DNA of 64,000 nt from Bugula neritina (taxonomy: Eukaryota; Animalia; Bryozoa), in NCBI GenBank assembly GCA_964035545.1, contig OZ037772.1, positions 7,734,889-7,798,888 on the forward strand, in the 5' to 3' direction. Below the pieces are notes generated by a model, which was not told the DNA's origin, made no database searches, and saw only the letters and a list, made by a program, of their open reading frames with translations. Both the position numbers and the translations under genes were made by a program. Below, piece by piece: positions 43,340 through 55,746 of this stretch; the first letter of the stretch is position 1, and each line of letters opens with the position of its first letter.

Positions 43340-46022
43340 AGTCATTATTGAATATCCATTCCTAATATACAGTATACTTATTATTAGTCCAAATGACTGA
43401 AGAAACTGTAAGGCCAGCTGAGCCTATTACTAGACCTGCTACCCCGACTACCAAAGCAATTACCTCTACACCACAAACAACTGCTACCACTACTAAAAGT
43501 GTTGATGTTACTGGGACATCAGTTGAATCCCAAAACAAAGGAGTTATTGTAGCAAGTAGTATCATAGCAGTGCTAGCCTTGTTAGCTGTAGCATTTGTAT
43601 TCCTGAAGCATAAGAAGAAGCAAAGTAAGTAAGAAATAAGCTACCTGTTAAAAAATTATTGTGAAAGAAACAATATAATAAATTAGCAGCACTTGAATCA
43701 ATGTTTAAGAATCTATCAACATAATGTACCTAATTTCATAGATACAATAAAAAAAAAATCCATTTTTTTTAAGCACTAAGCAACGTTTTTCACACTTTTG
43801 AGTAGTTTCAAGAAGCATTTTCTACGAAAGTGTTTTGTAGTATCACATTGGTTTAATTTTATTCAGAAGCTCAGCAAGTGCAAGCTATGAACAAGGAGAT
43901 GAGACCATCAGATATGGTTACGATCGAGTGGCAAGCAGGCACTCATGTAGGTGTTTTAATATTGTTGCTTTACCTGCAATGTAGAAGTAGTAGATCTGTA
44001 TCTATGCTATGTATTGCCATATAAGAATAAATGCCATTACTAAGTAGCAAATACTTTTTTAAGTTAGCGAACAAATTAATTCACCAACCATGTTTTTTAA
44101 GACTAATAAACAACAGCATTTTTATGTTTAGTTAAAATATTCTTTTAAAGTTTTTAATTTGAAATAACTTGTTTGCTTTGCCATGTGTTCTTAGCAATTG
44201 CTTTGCTAAAAAATCTGATTTTAGATCGACGACTAATAACTTCATTATTTTTGTGTTAAAATTTATTTACATCTGCATGCATTAAATTCGAATAACAACA
44301 TTTTGTTGCTAGTTTTTGACTAATAGGCGTTAGCCTAAAGTACGTAATATGGATGCCAGCGGCGAGAGGTTGTTGCTAGTACTTATCCAGCAAACAACTC
44401 AACTCACCACCTCCTATATGAATGGAAAACTTTTGATGACCCTTAAGTATATAGATAGCACTCAAAAGTGTAGCTTAGTAAAGACAGAAAAAAAGCTATT
44501 AAATTTTTAGTGACTTTCATTCCTACATTCAACATGTTGAATTCATGTATAATGCCAAAGTATTTGCTACAGTTTTAGTTATCTTGTGAAATGTAAATGT
44601 TGCAGGAATCCAGAAACCCCGGCACTACACCAACAAAGAAGGTGCCAAGTAGGTTATTAATATATAATAAAACTTAAAAATGGAACTGCATACAACTTCA
44701 GTTTCGTAATTTAGAATGGGCCTGACTTTTGAATACTTCGGGAGCAATGTGTTTTATTAGCCAAACTTCAAAAGTTGATTACAAAACATTTAATTTTGAG
44801 TTATAGTCTATTGATCATTTTTAAAACGTTCTACTTGACTAAAATTATTATTATGAAGTGGTTATTTTATATTGTTATATTATGTGTTACTTGCAATCAT
44901 TTATGCAACGAACGTGCTATTTTAAGGTTGCATAATATGTCTTTAAAAACTGCGCTCAAAATCTAGATATGATTAAATTAAAAGTTTCTCAAGTCGTTCA
45001 ACATTTTTAAAATCCAGATCAAAAAAATTTGAGTTTTTTAATAAATTAGTTAGCTTATCTTGCAATAATATGAAAAAAAACTGAAAATGTTTGTAGATAG
45101 TGGCAGTTGCGAATAGTTAGTTAAATATTCTGATTACAAGCATAAAAGGAAACAGCAACTATACATGAGAACTTTAATTTTTAAAATCTATACAACTTTA
45201 TTTTTTCAGTTTGTGGGAAATAGCTAGTCATTTTATTAAGCATTGATTTCAAACACATGCATTTGATATGAAAGATTTTTAGTACAGTCATAAAAAGTGA
45301 AATTGACTAAAACTACATGTATTTTAATTATATGGATAAACACAACTTTTGCATTAGATAAGTTTTATCCCTTAATTTATAGCTATGAGTTTGTTTTTAT
45401 AGAATCTGGAAAGACAAAACAGAAAATTTCAGCTGCAAAACTCAACACTTCAAACAGGGTGAGTATTTACTAAGAGTTAAAAGATAAATACTTAGGTAGT
45501 TGCAATACAGGGCTTTCTTTTTAATTTGAAAAAGCTACTTTAGAATATACTTTACAGTTTTAAATCAGTTAGCAGCTTCATCTGTTCCTATAAAACAACT
45601 CTTGAAAGTTTAAAGTCACCATACCAGTGAGAAAACTCTATTGTAAAGAGTTTGTTCAAATCAGGCTAAGGGTTTACTCAGATGTGGCACATAAGCTATT
45701 ACGACTGGATTTTCTTCCCAGCATCACCGATGGCCTTTACCAAAGTTCAAGCTCATGACCCCTAGTTCAGAGCTGCTTATACTTTTGTTTATTTTGATTA
45801 TGGGTAAAAGAAATAACTGAGTAAATGAATCGTGATTACTGTTTTCTATTCCTGCTAACTTTTACATTTGTTATTCAGTATTCTTCTTCACCTCACGAGA
45901 GAGCAAAGCCCCCTCTTCCCGCTCCACCTCCTGATCCAGTGTATGCTACATTTCCTGTGGCAGGAGGAGAGATGCAGGTTGATGAATCAGGATTTTATGC
46001 AACTCTTGTCTCAAAGAAGTAA
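41093..46022 (+). CDS. Gene 7: NHL-propeller type I membrane receptor with a Pro-rich and tandem-tyrosine tail
   Basis: Exons 41093-41113, 41824-41885, 42190-43130 (NHL), 43388-43624 (stalk + [28 protein letters not shown]), 43867-43946, 44606-44648, 45403-45458 and 45879-46022 ([18 protein letters not shown]...[13 protein letters not shown]). Exon number and phases match gene 6. Confidence 0.88.
41174..41600. mobile_element. MITE family B in gene 7 intron 1
   Basis: ~31-bp imperfect TIRs: TATGTGTCAGTTTACTTCATTTAGTACACAC / GTGTGTACTAAATTAGGTAAAATGACCCATA. Confidence 0.7.
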
Positions 46023-46034
46023 TTGGGAACCTTT

Positions 46035-46155
46035 AGCATGATTATATGGAAAACCCCAGCATGATTATATGGAAAACCCCAACATAATTTTTTGGGAAAT
46101 TCCAACATAATTATATGAAAAATTCCAACATAATTACTTGGAATTCTAACATGAT
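46035..46155 (+). repeat. Degenerate ~23-bp minisatellite immediately after the gene 7 stop codon
   Basis: CCAGCATGATTATATGGAAAACC-like units, about five copies, duplicated at ~49467-49587. Related short units follow the gene 6 stop (38947-39010). Confidence 0.7.
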
Positions 46156-47109
46156 AATCTTGATAACTTTTTGGGAAACCTTCGATATGCTTTCTTAATA
46201 AATTTTGGAAGCATAATAATTTGTTTTGGTTGTTTATTGTGAAGTTGTTTACCATATTGCATTTACAACTGTGGTCACTGATAAATTACTTTACAAAACT
46301 GCTATATAAAAGATTTTAATCTGGTGAAATAAAAATAAAACTGAAACAAAAAAAATATTTTGTTGTAGTTTACCCCGTGCCTTGAAACAACTAAAAACAG
46401 ACTGGCTGTGACATGTACATAGATATTTTTGTGAATAATAATAATCTAATTTACTAAAGAGTTATGAGGCAACTTTTAATTTTAAGGAGGGTGTGTTTCA
46501 CTTTGGCTTCTAAACTGATGTCATTATATTTATGTCAATATTTAGAATAAATAAATATAGTTGTAATTTACAGAATGCAGTTATAGTTTTTGTACACATA
46601 AGGTGGAAAGTAACAAGAATAGTATTGTGTATGGGTGATGTAAAAATAATAGAAGATCAGTGCAGCATATTGAGAGTTTTTCACTCTTGATGATTAGTCA
46701 TGTAATAGAATACCATAGTTATTAGTATGAGCCTTTAGTAGTATTTGTAGTATTATATATGTAACTGTTTATTATAATCAGAGTGGAAAATTTTATCCTA
46801 TCAACATTACCTATAGTAACATCACAAGCATAATTTATGAGCTGAAACTTTTGATATCACATGATTGTATTGCTTTGTTTGCAATATGCCTCGGTGTGTG
46901 CGATATGCGTAGGCAATATGCGTGTGCAAAGTGCAATATGTGTGTGCAATATGTGTGTGTGCGATTGTGTTCATGCGTGAGTGTGTTTTTGTGTCAGTCT
47001 GCATTCAAATTTAGATAAATTGTAAGTATATTATAATTTATAATGTTTTTATTATTGTTTTTTTCAAATAAATAAGCCTTTATAGTTTTAACTGAAATAA
47101 TTGCCGTGC

Positions 47110-48837
47110 CTACGAGATGAGATTGGAGGTGCTTAAACATGAAACTCTTTTTTTGCCGATCTTGGTTCTTTTTTTGGTTCTTCCTGATAAAACTGTCGAC
47201 TTAATAGTAAAATCTGAAGCTGGCAACGATGCTGTAAAAAGGTGAAAAGAACTTATTTAGTTATATTTGATAATAAAAATAAAATAAGTAGATACTACAT
47301 TTTGCACAAAAGAGCACCGCGTAACTCCCTGCCTGCATACTAGTTGTTTGGTAGTTCCTACTATTTGACGGCCAAACATTCAAGAGTATTCTGGTGCTAT
47401 CATAATGTAATGACTTAAATATTTCTATTTTTCAATAAAATAACCACATTTTTGATTCATTCAAAAATTTGCTTCAAAAAGTGTTTTGAAAAAACTTGCT
47501 AATTTTATTTTGGAAATAGATGAAAATTGCAGCAGAGAATCTGATAAAACTACAGAAAATATTCAATATGTGCGCTTTTAACAACTTATGGCTATTTGTA
47601 AATATGGTTTGTTATTAAAATTTCAACTGTCTACATATTATAATACAGTATTATACCTCTATTATCTTTTTTTCTAGCTTCTGTTATTGATATTTTTTGA
47701 TAGAAACATAGCTTATGTGGGATAGGTAAAAACAAGTTCCGTTACTTACTGAGGGAGTTGGTTTCAGAATCCTCATTTTTATTCAGCTTTTTCCTATATC
47801 GTATTTTCTTCCGTTTGATTTCACCACCTCTCTTTTCTACTTCTTTCTGCAATTGTCATAACAAGCTGACATATTAGGTATTGCTCTATTTAAAAGATAT
47901 ATTGGGTAATTTCTATTATCACAATTTGATTTGTGTCAAAAACAACTTCGGACCGTAAACTAATTCAACATTCAATTTACACGTTTATTTAGGCTTCCAG
48001 AAACTGTCCTGAAAATATACCCTAAATTTTCTATTGTAAAAGAAAATGAGTTAAAATTTTGTTTATACTAAAAAGGTTTATTTAATTAATATTTCAACCT
48101 TTTTCTTTGGCTTCTTTAGCTTTGATGAAGCTCGCCGTGTATGCACTGTATTTCCAGAAATCTCCCTTATTACGCTAGGTTTAGATGAATGATGTTTTCT
48201 TCTTGTAATGACAGCTAAATCTTTCTTTTTACCTAAAAATAAGCAGACGTCTCATAAATGATCATCTCACTCAGTTTTTATATCTATATATCAGTCTGTC
48301 TCTCTGTATGTGTGCCTGTGTGTCTGTCTGCATGTCTGTGTGTCTGTATGTCTGTCTGCATGTCTGTATGTCTGTCTGCATGTCTGTATGTCTGTCTGCA
48401 GGTCTGTGTGTGTGTGTGTCTGTCTGTCTCTCTGTCTGTCCGTCTGTCTGTGTGTCTGTATGTATTTTTGTTTGTCTGTCTCTCTGTCCATTTGTGTGTG
48501 TATGTCTGTCTGTATGCCTCTCTGTCTGTATGTATGTATGTGTGTCTGTCCGTCTGTCCCTCTGTGTGTCGGTCTGTCTGTCTATTGGTTTGCATGTGTC
48601 AGACTGTTATTTTCTTATTTCACTGTCTCTCATTAAAAATATTATATCATTTAGAGCTGAGTTACGTACCTGTGACTTGTTTTATAACTAGAACGGCGAT
48701 CACGGCAAAAATGGCAGCGATGATGATAAACATGGAGAAGGTGATAGCAAACAACGTGTTTCCTGATTGAGCCTCATTACTGTCTTTAGAGTTGTCTCCG
48801 TTCCTGTTAACAGGTGTCAACGGAATGACTGTCTCCA
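47110..48837 (-). pseudogene. Orphan duplicate of the gene 8 TM and tail exons
   Basis: Copy of 50543-52270 inside the tandem duplication, with no NHL or 5' exons of its own. Confidence 0.75.
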
Positions 48838-49310
48838 CTGTTATTAGAAACAAATGATTCTAATATTATGCGAAAAAATGAAATGTGATCTGATGTTAAA
48901 TGATAAAAAGCACCTCACATTTTAAGTCAAAAGATCAAATTTGAACATACAAACTACATTTTCAAGTTGCCACACTGTAAGAGGTATTATACAGGAAAAA
49001 TTATTGATTAACAGTGAATTTATTATAGACATTTCGAATACTATTTGCCTGATAGAATAAAAATTAAATAAATCCTCCCGTCCAATCAGGCAAGTCATGA
49101 TTGTGGAAGGTAAAAAGTAGAACAATAAATAAATGCCTATATGTTAGCAAGCTAGCTAATATTTTATGAGAAAATTATAAAAAATAGTTTTGCAGTGTTG
49201 AATAAAGCTTATACTTTTGTTTATTTTGATTATGGGTAAAAGAAATAACTGAGTAAATGAATCGTGATTACTGTTTTCTATTCCTGCTAACTTTTACATT
49301 TGTTATTCAG

Positions 49311-49454
49311 TATTCTTCTTCACCTCACGAGAGAGCAAAGCCCCCTCTTCCCGCTCCACCTCCTGATCCAGTGTATGCTACATTTCCTGTGGCAGGAGGA
49401 GAGATGCAGGTTGATGAATCAGGATTTTATGCAACTCTTGTCTCAAAGAAGTAA
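49311..49454 (+). pseudogene. Duplicate of the gene 7 terminal tandem-Tyr exon (possible alternative last exon)
   Basis: Identical to 45879-46022, including the acceptor site and 3' UTR. Confidence 0.75.
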
Positions 49455-50542
49455 TTGGGAACCTTTAGCATGATTATATGGAAAACCCCAGCATGATTAT
49501 ATGGAAAACCCCAACATAATTTTTTGGGAAATTCCAACATAATTATATGAAAAATTCCAACATAATTACTTGGAATTCTAACATGATAATCTTGATAACT
49601 TTTTGGGAAACCTTCGATATGCTTTCTTAATAAATTTTGGAAGCATAATAATTTGTTTTGGTTGTTTATTGTGAAGTTGTTTACCATATTGCATTTACAA
49701 CTGTGGTCACTGATAAATTACTTTACAAAACTGCTATATAAAAGATTTTAATCTGGTGAAATAAAAATAAAACTGAAACAAAAAAAATATTTTGTTGTAG
49801 TTTACCCCGTGCCTTGAAACAACTAAAAACAGACTGGCTGTGACATGTACATAGATATTTTTGTGAATAATAATAATCTAATTTACTAAAGAGTTATGAG
49901 GCAACTTTTAATTTTAAGGAGGGTGTGTTTCACTTTGGCTTCTAAACTGATGTCATTTATATTTATGTCAATATTTAGAATAAATAAATATAGTTGTAAT
50001 TTACAGAATGCAGTTATAGTTTTTGTACACATAAGGTGGAAAGTAACAAGAATAGTATTGTGTATGGGTGATGTAAAAATAATAGAAGATCAGTGCAGCA
50101 TATTGAGAGTTTTTCACTCTTGATGATTAGTCATGTAATAGAATACCATAGTTATTAGTATGAGCCTTTAGTAGTATTTGTAGTATTATATATGTAACTG
50201 TTTATTATAATCAGAGTGGAAAATTTTATCCTATCAACATTACCTATAGTAACATCACAAGCATAATTTATGAGCTGAAACTTTTGATATCACATGATTG
50301 TATTGCTTTGTTTGCAATATGCCTCGGTGTGTGCGATATGCGTAGGCAATATGCGTGTGCAAAGTGCAATATGTGTGTGCAATATGTGTGTGTGCGATTG
50401 TGTTCATGCGTGAGTGTGTTTTTGTGTCAGTCTGCATTCAAATTTAGATAAATTGTAAGTATATCATAATTTATAATGTTTTTATTATTGTTTTTTTCAA
50501 ATAAATAAGCCTTTATAGTTTTAACTGAAATAATTGCCGTGC

Positions 50543-53500
50543 CTACGAGATGAGATTGGAGGTGCTTAAACATGAAACTCTTTTTTTGCCGATCTTGGTT
50601 CTTTTTTTGGTTCTTCCTGATAAAACTGTCGACTTAATAGTAAAATCTGAAGCTGGCAACGATGCTGTAAAAAGGTGAAAAGAACTTATTTAGTTATATT
50701 TGATAATAAAAATAAAATAAGTAGATACTACATTTTGCACAAAAGAGCACCGCGTAACTCCCTGCCTGCATACTAGTTGTTTGGTAGTTCCTACTATTTG
50801 ACGGCCAAACATTCAAGAGTCTTCTGGTGCTATCATAATGTAATGACTTAAATATTTATATTTTTCAATAAAATAACCACATTTTTGATTCATTCAAAAA
50901 TTTGCTTCAAAAAGTGTTTTGAAAAAACTTGCTAATTTTATTTTGGAAATAGATGAAAATTGCAGCAGAGAATCTGATAAAACTACAGAAAATATTCAAT
51001 ATGTGCGCTTTTAACAACTTATGGCTATTTGTAAATATGGTTTGTTATTAAAATTTCAACTGTCTACATATTATAATACAGTATTATACCTCTATTATCT
51101 TTTTTTCTAGCTTCTGTTATTGATATTTTTTGATAGAAACATAGCTTATGTGGGATAGGTAAAAACAAGTTCCGTTACTTACTGAGGGAGTTGGTTTCAG
51201 AATCCTCATTTTTATTCAGCTTTTTCCTATATCGTATTTTCTTCCGTTTGATTTCACCACCTCTCTTTTCTACTTCTTTCTGCAATTGTCATAACAAGCT
51301 GACATATTAGGTATTGCTCTATTTAAAAGATATATTGGGTAATTTCTATTATCACAATTTGATTTGTGTCAAAAACAACTTCGGACCGTAAACTAATTCA
51401 ACATTCAATTTACACGTTTATTTAGGCTTCCAGAAACTGTCCTGAAAATATACCCTAAATTTTCTATTGTAAAAGAAAATGAGTTAAAATTTTGTTTATA
51501 CTAAAAAGGTTTATTTAATTAATATTTCAACCTTTTTCTTTGGCTTCTTTAGCTTTGATGAAGCTCGCCGTGTATGCACTGTATTTCCAGAAATCTCCCT
51601 TATTACGCTAGGTTTAGATGAATGATGTTTTCTTCTTGTAATGACAGCTAAATCTTTCTTTTTACCTAAAAATAAGCAGACGTCTCATAAATGATCATCT
51701 CACTCAGTTTTTATATCTATATATCAGTCTGTCTCTCTGTATGTGTGCCTGTGTGTCTGTCTGCATGTCTGTGTGTCTGTATGTCTGTCTGCATGTCTGT
51801 ATGTCTGTCTGCATGTCTGTATGTCTGTCTGCAGGTCTGTGTGTGTGTGTGTCTGTCTGTCTCTCTGTCTGTCCGTCTGTCTGTGTGTCTGTATGTATTT
51901 TTGTTTGTCTGTCTCTCTGTCCATTTGTGTGTGTATGTCTGTCTGTATGCCTCTCTGTCTGTATGTATGTATGTGTGTCTGTCCGTCTGTCCGTCTGTGT
52001 GTCGGTCTGTCTGTCTATTGGTTTGCATGTGTCAGACTGTTATTTTCTTATTTCACTGTCTCTCATTAAAAATATTATATCATTTAGAGCTGAGTTACGT
52101 ACCTGTGACTTGTTTTATAACTAGAACGGCGATCACGGCAAAAATGGCAGCGATGATGATAAACATGGAGAAGGTGATAGCAAACAACGTGTTTCCTGAT
52201 TGAGCCTCATTACTGTCTTTAGAGTTGTCTCCGTTCCTGTTAACAGGTGTCAACGGAATGACTGTCTCCACTGTTATTAGAAACAAATGATTCTAATATT
52301 ATGCGAAAAAATGAAATGTGATCTGATGTTAAATGATAAAAAGCACCTCACATTTTAAGTCAAAAGATCAAATTTGAACATACAAACTACATTTTCAAGT
52401 TGCCACACTGTAAGAGGTATTATACAGGAAAAATTATTGATTAACAGTGAATTTATTATAGACATTTCGAATACTATTTGCCTGATAGAATAAAAATTAA
52501 ATAAATCCTCCCGTCCAATCAGGCAAGTCATGATTGTGGAAGGTAAAAAGTAGAACAATAAATAAATGCCTATATGTTAGCAAGCTAGCTAATATTTTAT
52601 GAGAAAATTATAAAAAATAGTTTTGCAGTGTTGAATAAAGCTTCAGTGACTCAACTCAGAATTTTTTATCCAGTTTTTTTATTAACCACCAACACAGCTT
52701 TTCTTGTAAATGACTCTAAGGCTACATCAAAGTTTTAGACAGAATATCCAGTTATGCAATTGAGTAAATCATTGCTAGTAAAATTGATCATCAGGTCAAT
52801 ATAAATCAAAACTTTTAATCAAAACTATTATATTTTATCCGCATGTTGGTTTGGCTAAATTTCTTACCTATTTAAATAAATAATGTGTAAACGTGCATTG
52901 TAATTTTAATATAATCTGTAAAAAAAAAAGTAGTTACCTTTTCGAAACAAAAGAAGGGAGTAGCCTTCTTCTCCGAGAATGTATATAACTTGACTTCTTC
53001 TATTCAAAACAAGATTTTGAGGCCTTCGAAGTCTGCATGATGTAACAAAACCGGCCAAGACTATAATATTGTTCATTCCATGCTGTGGTGCACACACGCT
53101 AGAAATTGTGTTTTCTTGCACGTTAACTAGCCTAAGTATGTTGTTTCCTTTGTCAACTAATATAAAAAGAGACTCGTCAAGAAATAGCATTTCTCCTGGT
53201 TGACTCACACTACTACTAGATAGATTTCCATCCTTGTATCTAGTTGTGGAGTTTATCAAAGTTTTATCAGTGCCATATACATTAAGTACAGATACAGTGT
53301 TATCCTCATGAGTCATGTAAAAGTTCAATGAAGGGGGGTCTAACGCTAGACTATTGACAGGCTTGGTTCTGTGAAAGGAAGTAGTAATCTGCCATTCATT
53401 TTGAGTTTCTGACAAACTAATTTTTCGTATGCTAGGCATAGTGTTATCAAAAAATATAGCACTCTTATGATTATAAATTAGGTTGACAGGTGTTCCGATG

Positions 53501-54550
53501 AAAGCCTGTGCTACTGTCCCGTCCTTTACTTCATTGAATTGACATTTTCCTATTAGCTCTCTTGTCGTTTTTGTCTTTTGATTTATTTCTCTCAAACAGT
53601 TATTACTTTGATCTGTTACCCAAACTAGATCTGGGCTGTCAAGAGACGACATGACTCCTGAAATTTCACCAAATCTTGTAGCTACATCTGATCCCTCCAC
53701 GTATCCACTTTCTCTAAGGAGACCTGTTATCCGGTGAAACTGTTTAAATTTTTCTGTTGTGTAGACACCGTAACCAATGACAACAAAATATTTGTCTGAG
53801 TCACTTCTCCAATCCCTACCAGCGTATTTCAGAGTATAGTTTGAGAGTCTAGCATCTATATAGTGCTCATATCCATTCTGAACTTCAGTGAATATCCAAC
53901 TAAAAAAAGTATCACATTTGGGTCACAGTTTCTAAAGTCACAAATCTTGTTTGCTTAGAAAAACAAATTGTGTATAGTATTTTTTATGTACTTAAAACTA
54001 AATATTTCAAAGCTTACTTGTTTTCTTGATGGCCAGGTAGCTGAGCTGCGTTGTTTGAACCTATGAGCACTATGATGAAAATCTAAAAGAAAATAAATTG
54101 ATGCAAAATCAATTAATTATAGTACAAAGTTTGCCACTACCAATACTACTACTGGACTAACTATACTACTATAATTCTGTAGAATTGCTAACAATACTGC
54201 TACTGCTAGTACTGTTACTGCTACTACTAATAATACCTATACTACATATTATAGTGCTGCATATAACATGTATAGCTATAATGCTACAATCATTTCAGTG
54301 TATGAAATTATATGGCATAATATCAATTTATTTAGCATATTTCTAGTATCATATTTTAGTATTTGGTATATGTGTCTTAAAGGTATCTTTTTATTGCTAT
54401 AAAAAAAGTTTTTTGCTCGAAGTAACGCTTTTGAAAATAAAATATATAGTGAAAAGTCATGCAATATAGGCAGACTGGTTTTGACAGTATTGCCATTACG
54501 TAGCTAAAACTCTTTTTTTTTAAACTCACCACAATCTTCAGGCATATCAT
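50543..54550 (-). CDS. Gene 8: divergent NHL-propeller type I membrane protein with a Lys/Arg-rich tail
   Basis: Exons on the minus strand: 54550-54530 (MICLKIV), 54082-54018, 53899-52938 (NHL), 52270-52103 (short stalk + TM LFAITFSMFIIIAAIFAVIAVLVI), 51665-51532, 51279-51183 and 50664-50543. It shows the same 21-nt / 65-nt / phase 2-1 layout as the plus-strand genes. Confidence 0.85.
51725..52033. repeat. (TGTC)n/(TGTA)n compound microsatellite in a gene 8 intron (copy at 48292-48600)
   Basis: Directly visible. Confidence 0.92.
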
Positions 54551-55746
54551 GATTGTGTTCTTGCAATTGAAAAATTGCTAAAATTCTGCCCAGCCTGATT
54601 GAAAATGGCAACGCCTTCATTCTTCAGTGAGTTAAAAATGTTGAGAATGTTAAATATTTTCAAAGCAATGCAATGCTTCTTCTTTTTTTAACTAAACAAC
54701 GGTGTTTTTATGAAAGTTTTTTTGTAAAGATATTGGTATTTAAACCATTTTGTATAGGAATGACAAACATTTGCAGTTTTTACTGCTTAATCATAACAAG
54801 TGACTCAGGTTTTGTAAAATGAATTAAGTATTTACTTATAGCTATCTATAGAGCATTTTTTACCATTTTACAAAGAAACAGTTTTAATGATCAATATAAC
54901 TCAGTAGCTTTTGTGGTGCAATTGGTTAGCGCATCTGCGTGCAATCCAAATGTCGATGGTTGAAATACCAAATAAAGGGATAAAAGTTTTAAAAGGCTAA
55001 TCATTTGAAAAGGGTTTTAAGAGCAATGAATTATTTATAGAAATCCTTAATTCTTATACTACAACTAAAAGCAAGATATTTATAGCTTGTGAAAGAGGTT
55101 TTATGACAACTAAAAAAGCAAAATGTAATTTTATAGTGTTCCTGAGAAATTAAAGCGTTTCAAATTGCCAACAATGTATTTGGTTATTAGTTTTCCAGTG
55201 CTAACTAATAATATATTATAACCATTTTCTGACTCTAGATAAAAATTTTAGTCAATAAATCTAAATAACAGAAATAGATAAACATGTTTTTAACACATTT
55301 CTTTCACGTTGAGTAACATTTATTCAATACACATAAGCGTTTTAAAGCATGACAACTATACCAAAACTATATTTGCACGTAGGATTTTTACAGCTAACAT
55401 TCTCATATTTTTGACAGACAGCTAATAAAAACTTTGAGTTCATGGTAGCAAATAACAAGTTAAATTTAATTCAACAAACTGTTGCAAGAAGTGTTAGATT
55501 TTTTTGCAGTATGCCTTTTCTTGAGCAATTTAGATGATTCTTTAAAAAGATTAAATATTGCATTCGTTCATGTATTTACAATAATTTTGTGTTTTGCTGT
55601 GTGGTAAAACGTACTACTTTAATGTGAGATTTACTAAATTTTTAAAATAATATATGCAGTTGAGTTCAGAAACTTGTGCAACTCGGGCTATCACAGACTA
55701 CTGAATGCTTTTAAATGCTATTGAACGTTTTAATTCTGAGTGCCTC

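Larger units (their letters stand above)
45775..52643. repeat. Near-identical direct tandem duplication, unit about 3.43 kb (45775-49210 / 49207-52643)
   Basis: The sequence and ORF track repeat at an offset of 3432-3433. Only a handful of differences are visible (one 1-nt indel and a few SNPs). There is 4-nt GCTT microhomology at the junction. Confidence 0.95.

Noticed and set aside
46023-46190. CRISPR-like array
   Set aside because: The units are contiguous and degenerate with no unique spacers, there are no cas genes, and the context is a eukaryotic 3' UTR.
54905-54975. Functional tRNA gene (also 8343 and 11755)
   Set aside because: Only degenerate A/B boxes are present and the cloverleaf stems do not pair fully. 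These are better explained as SINE or pseudogene remnants.
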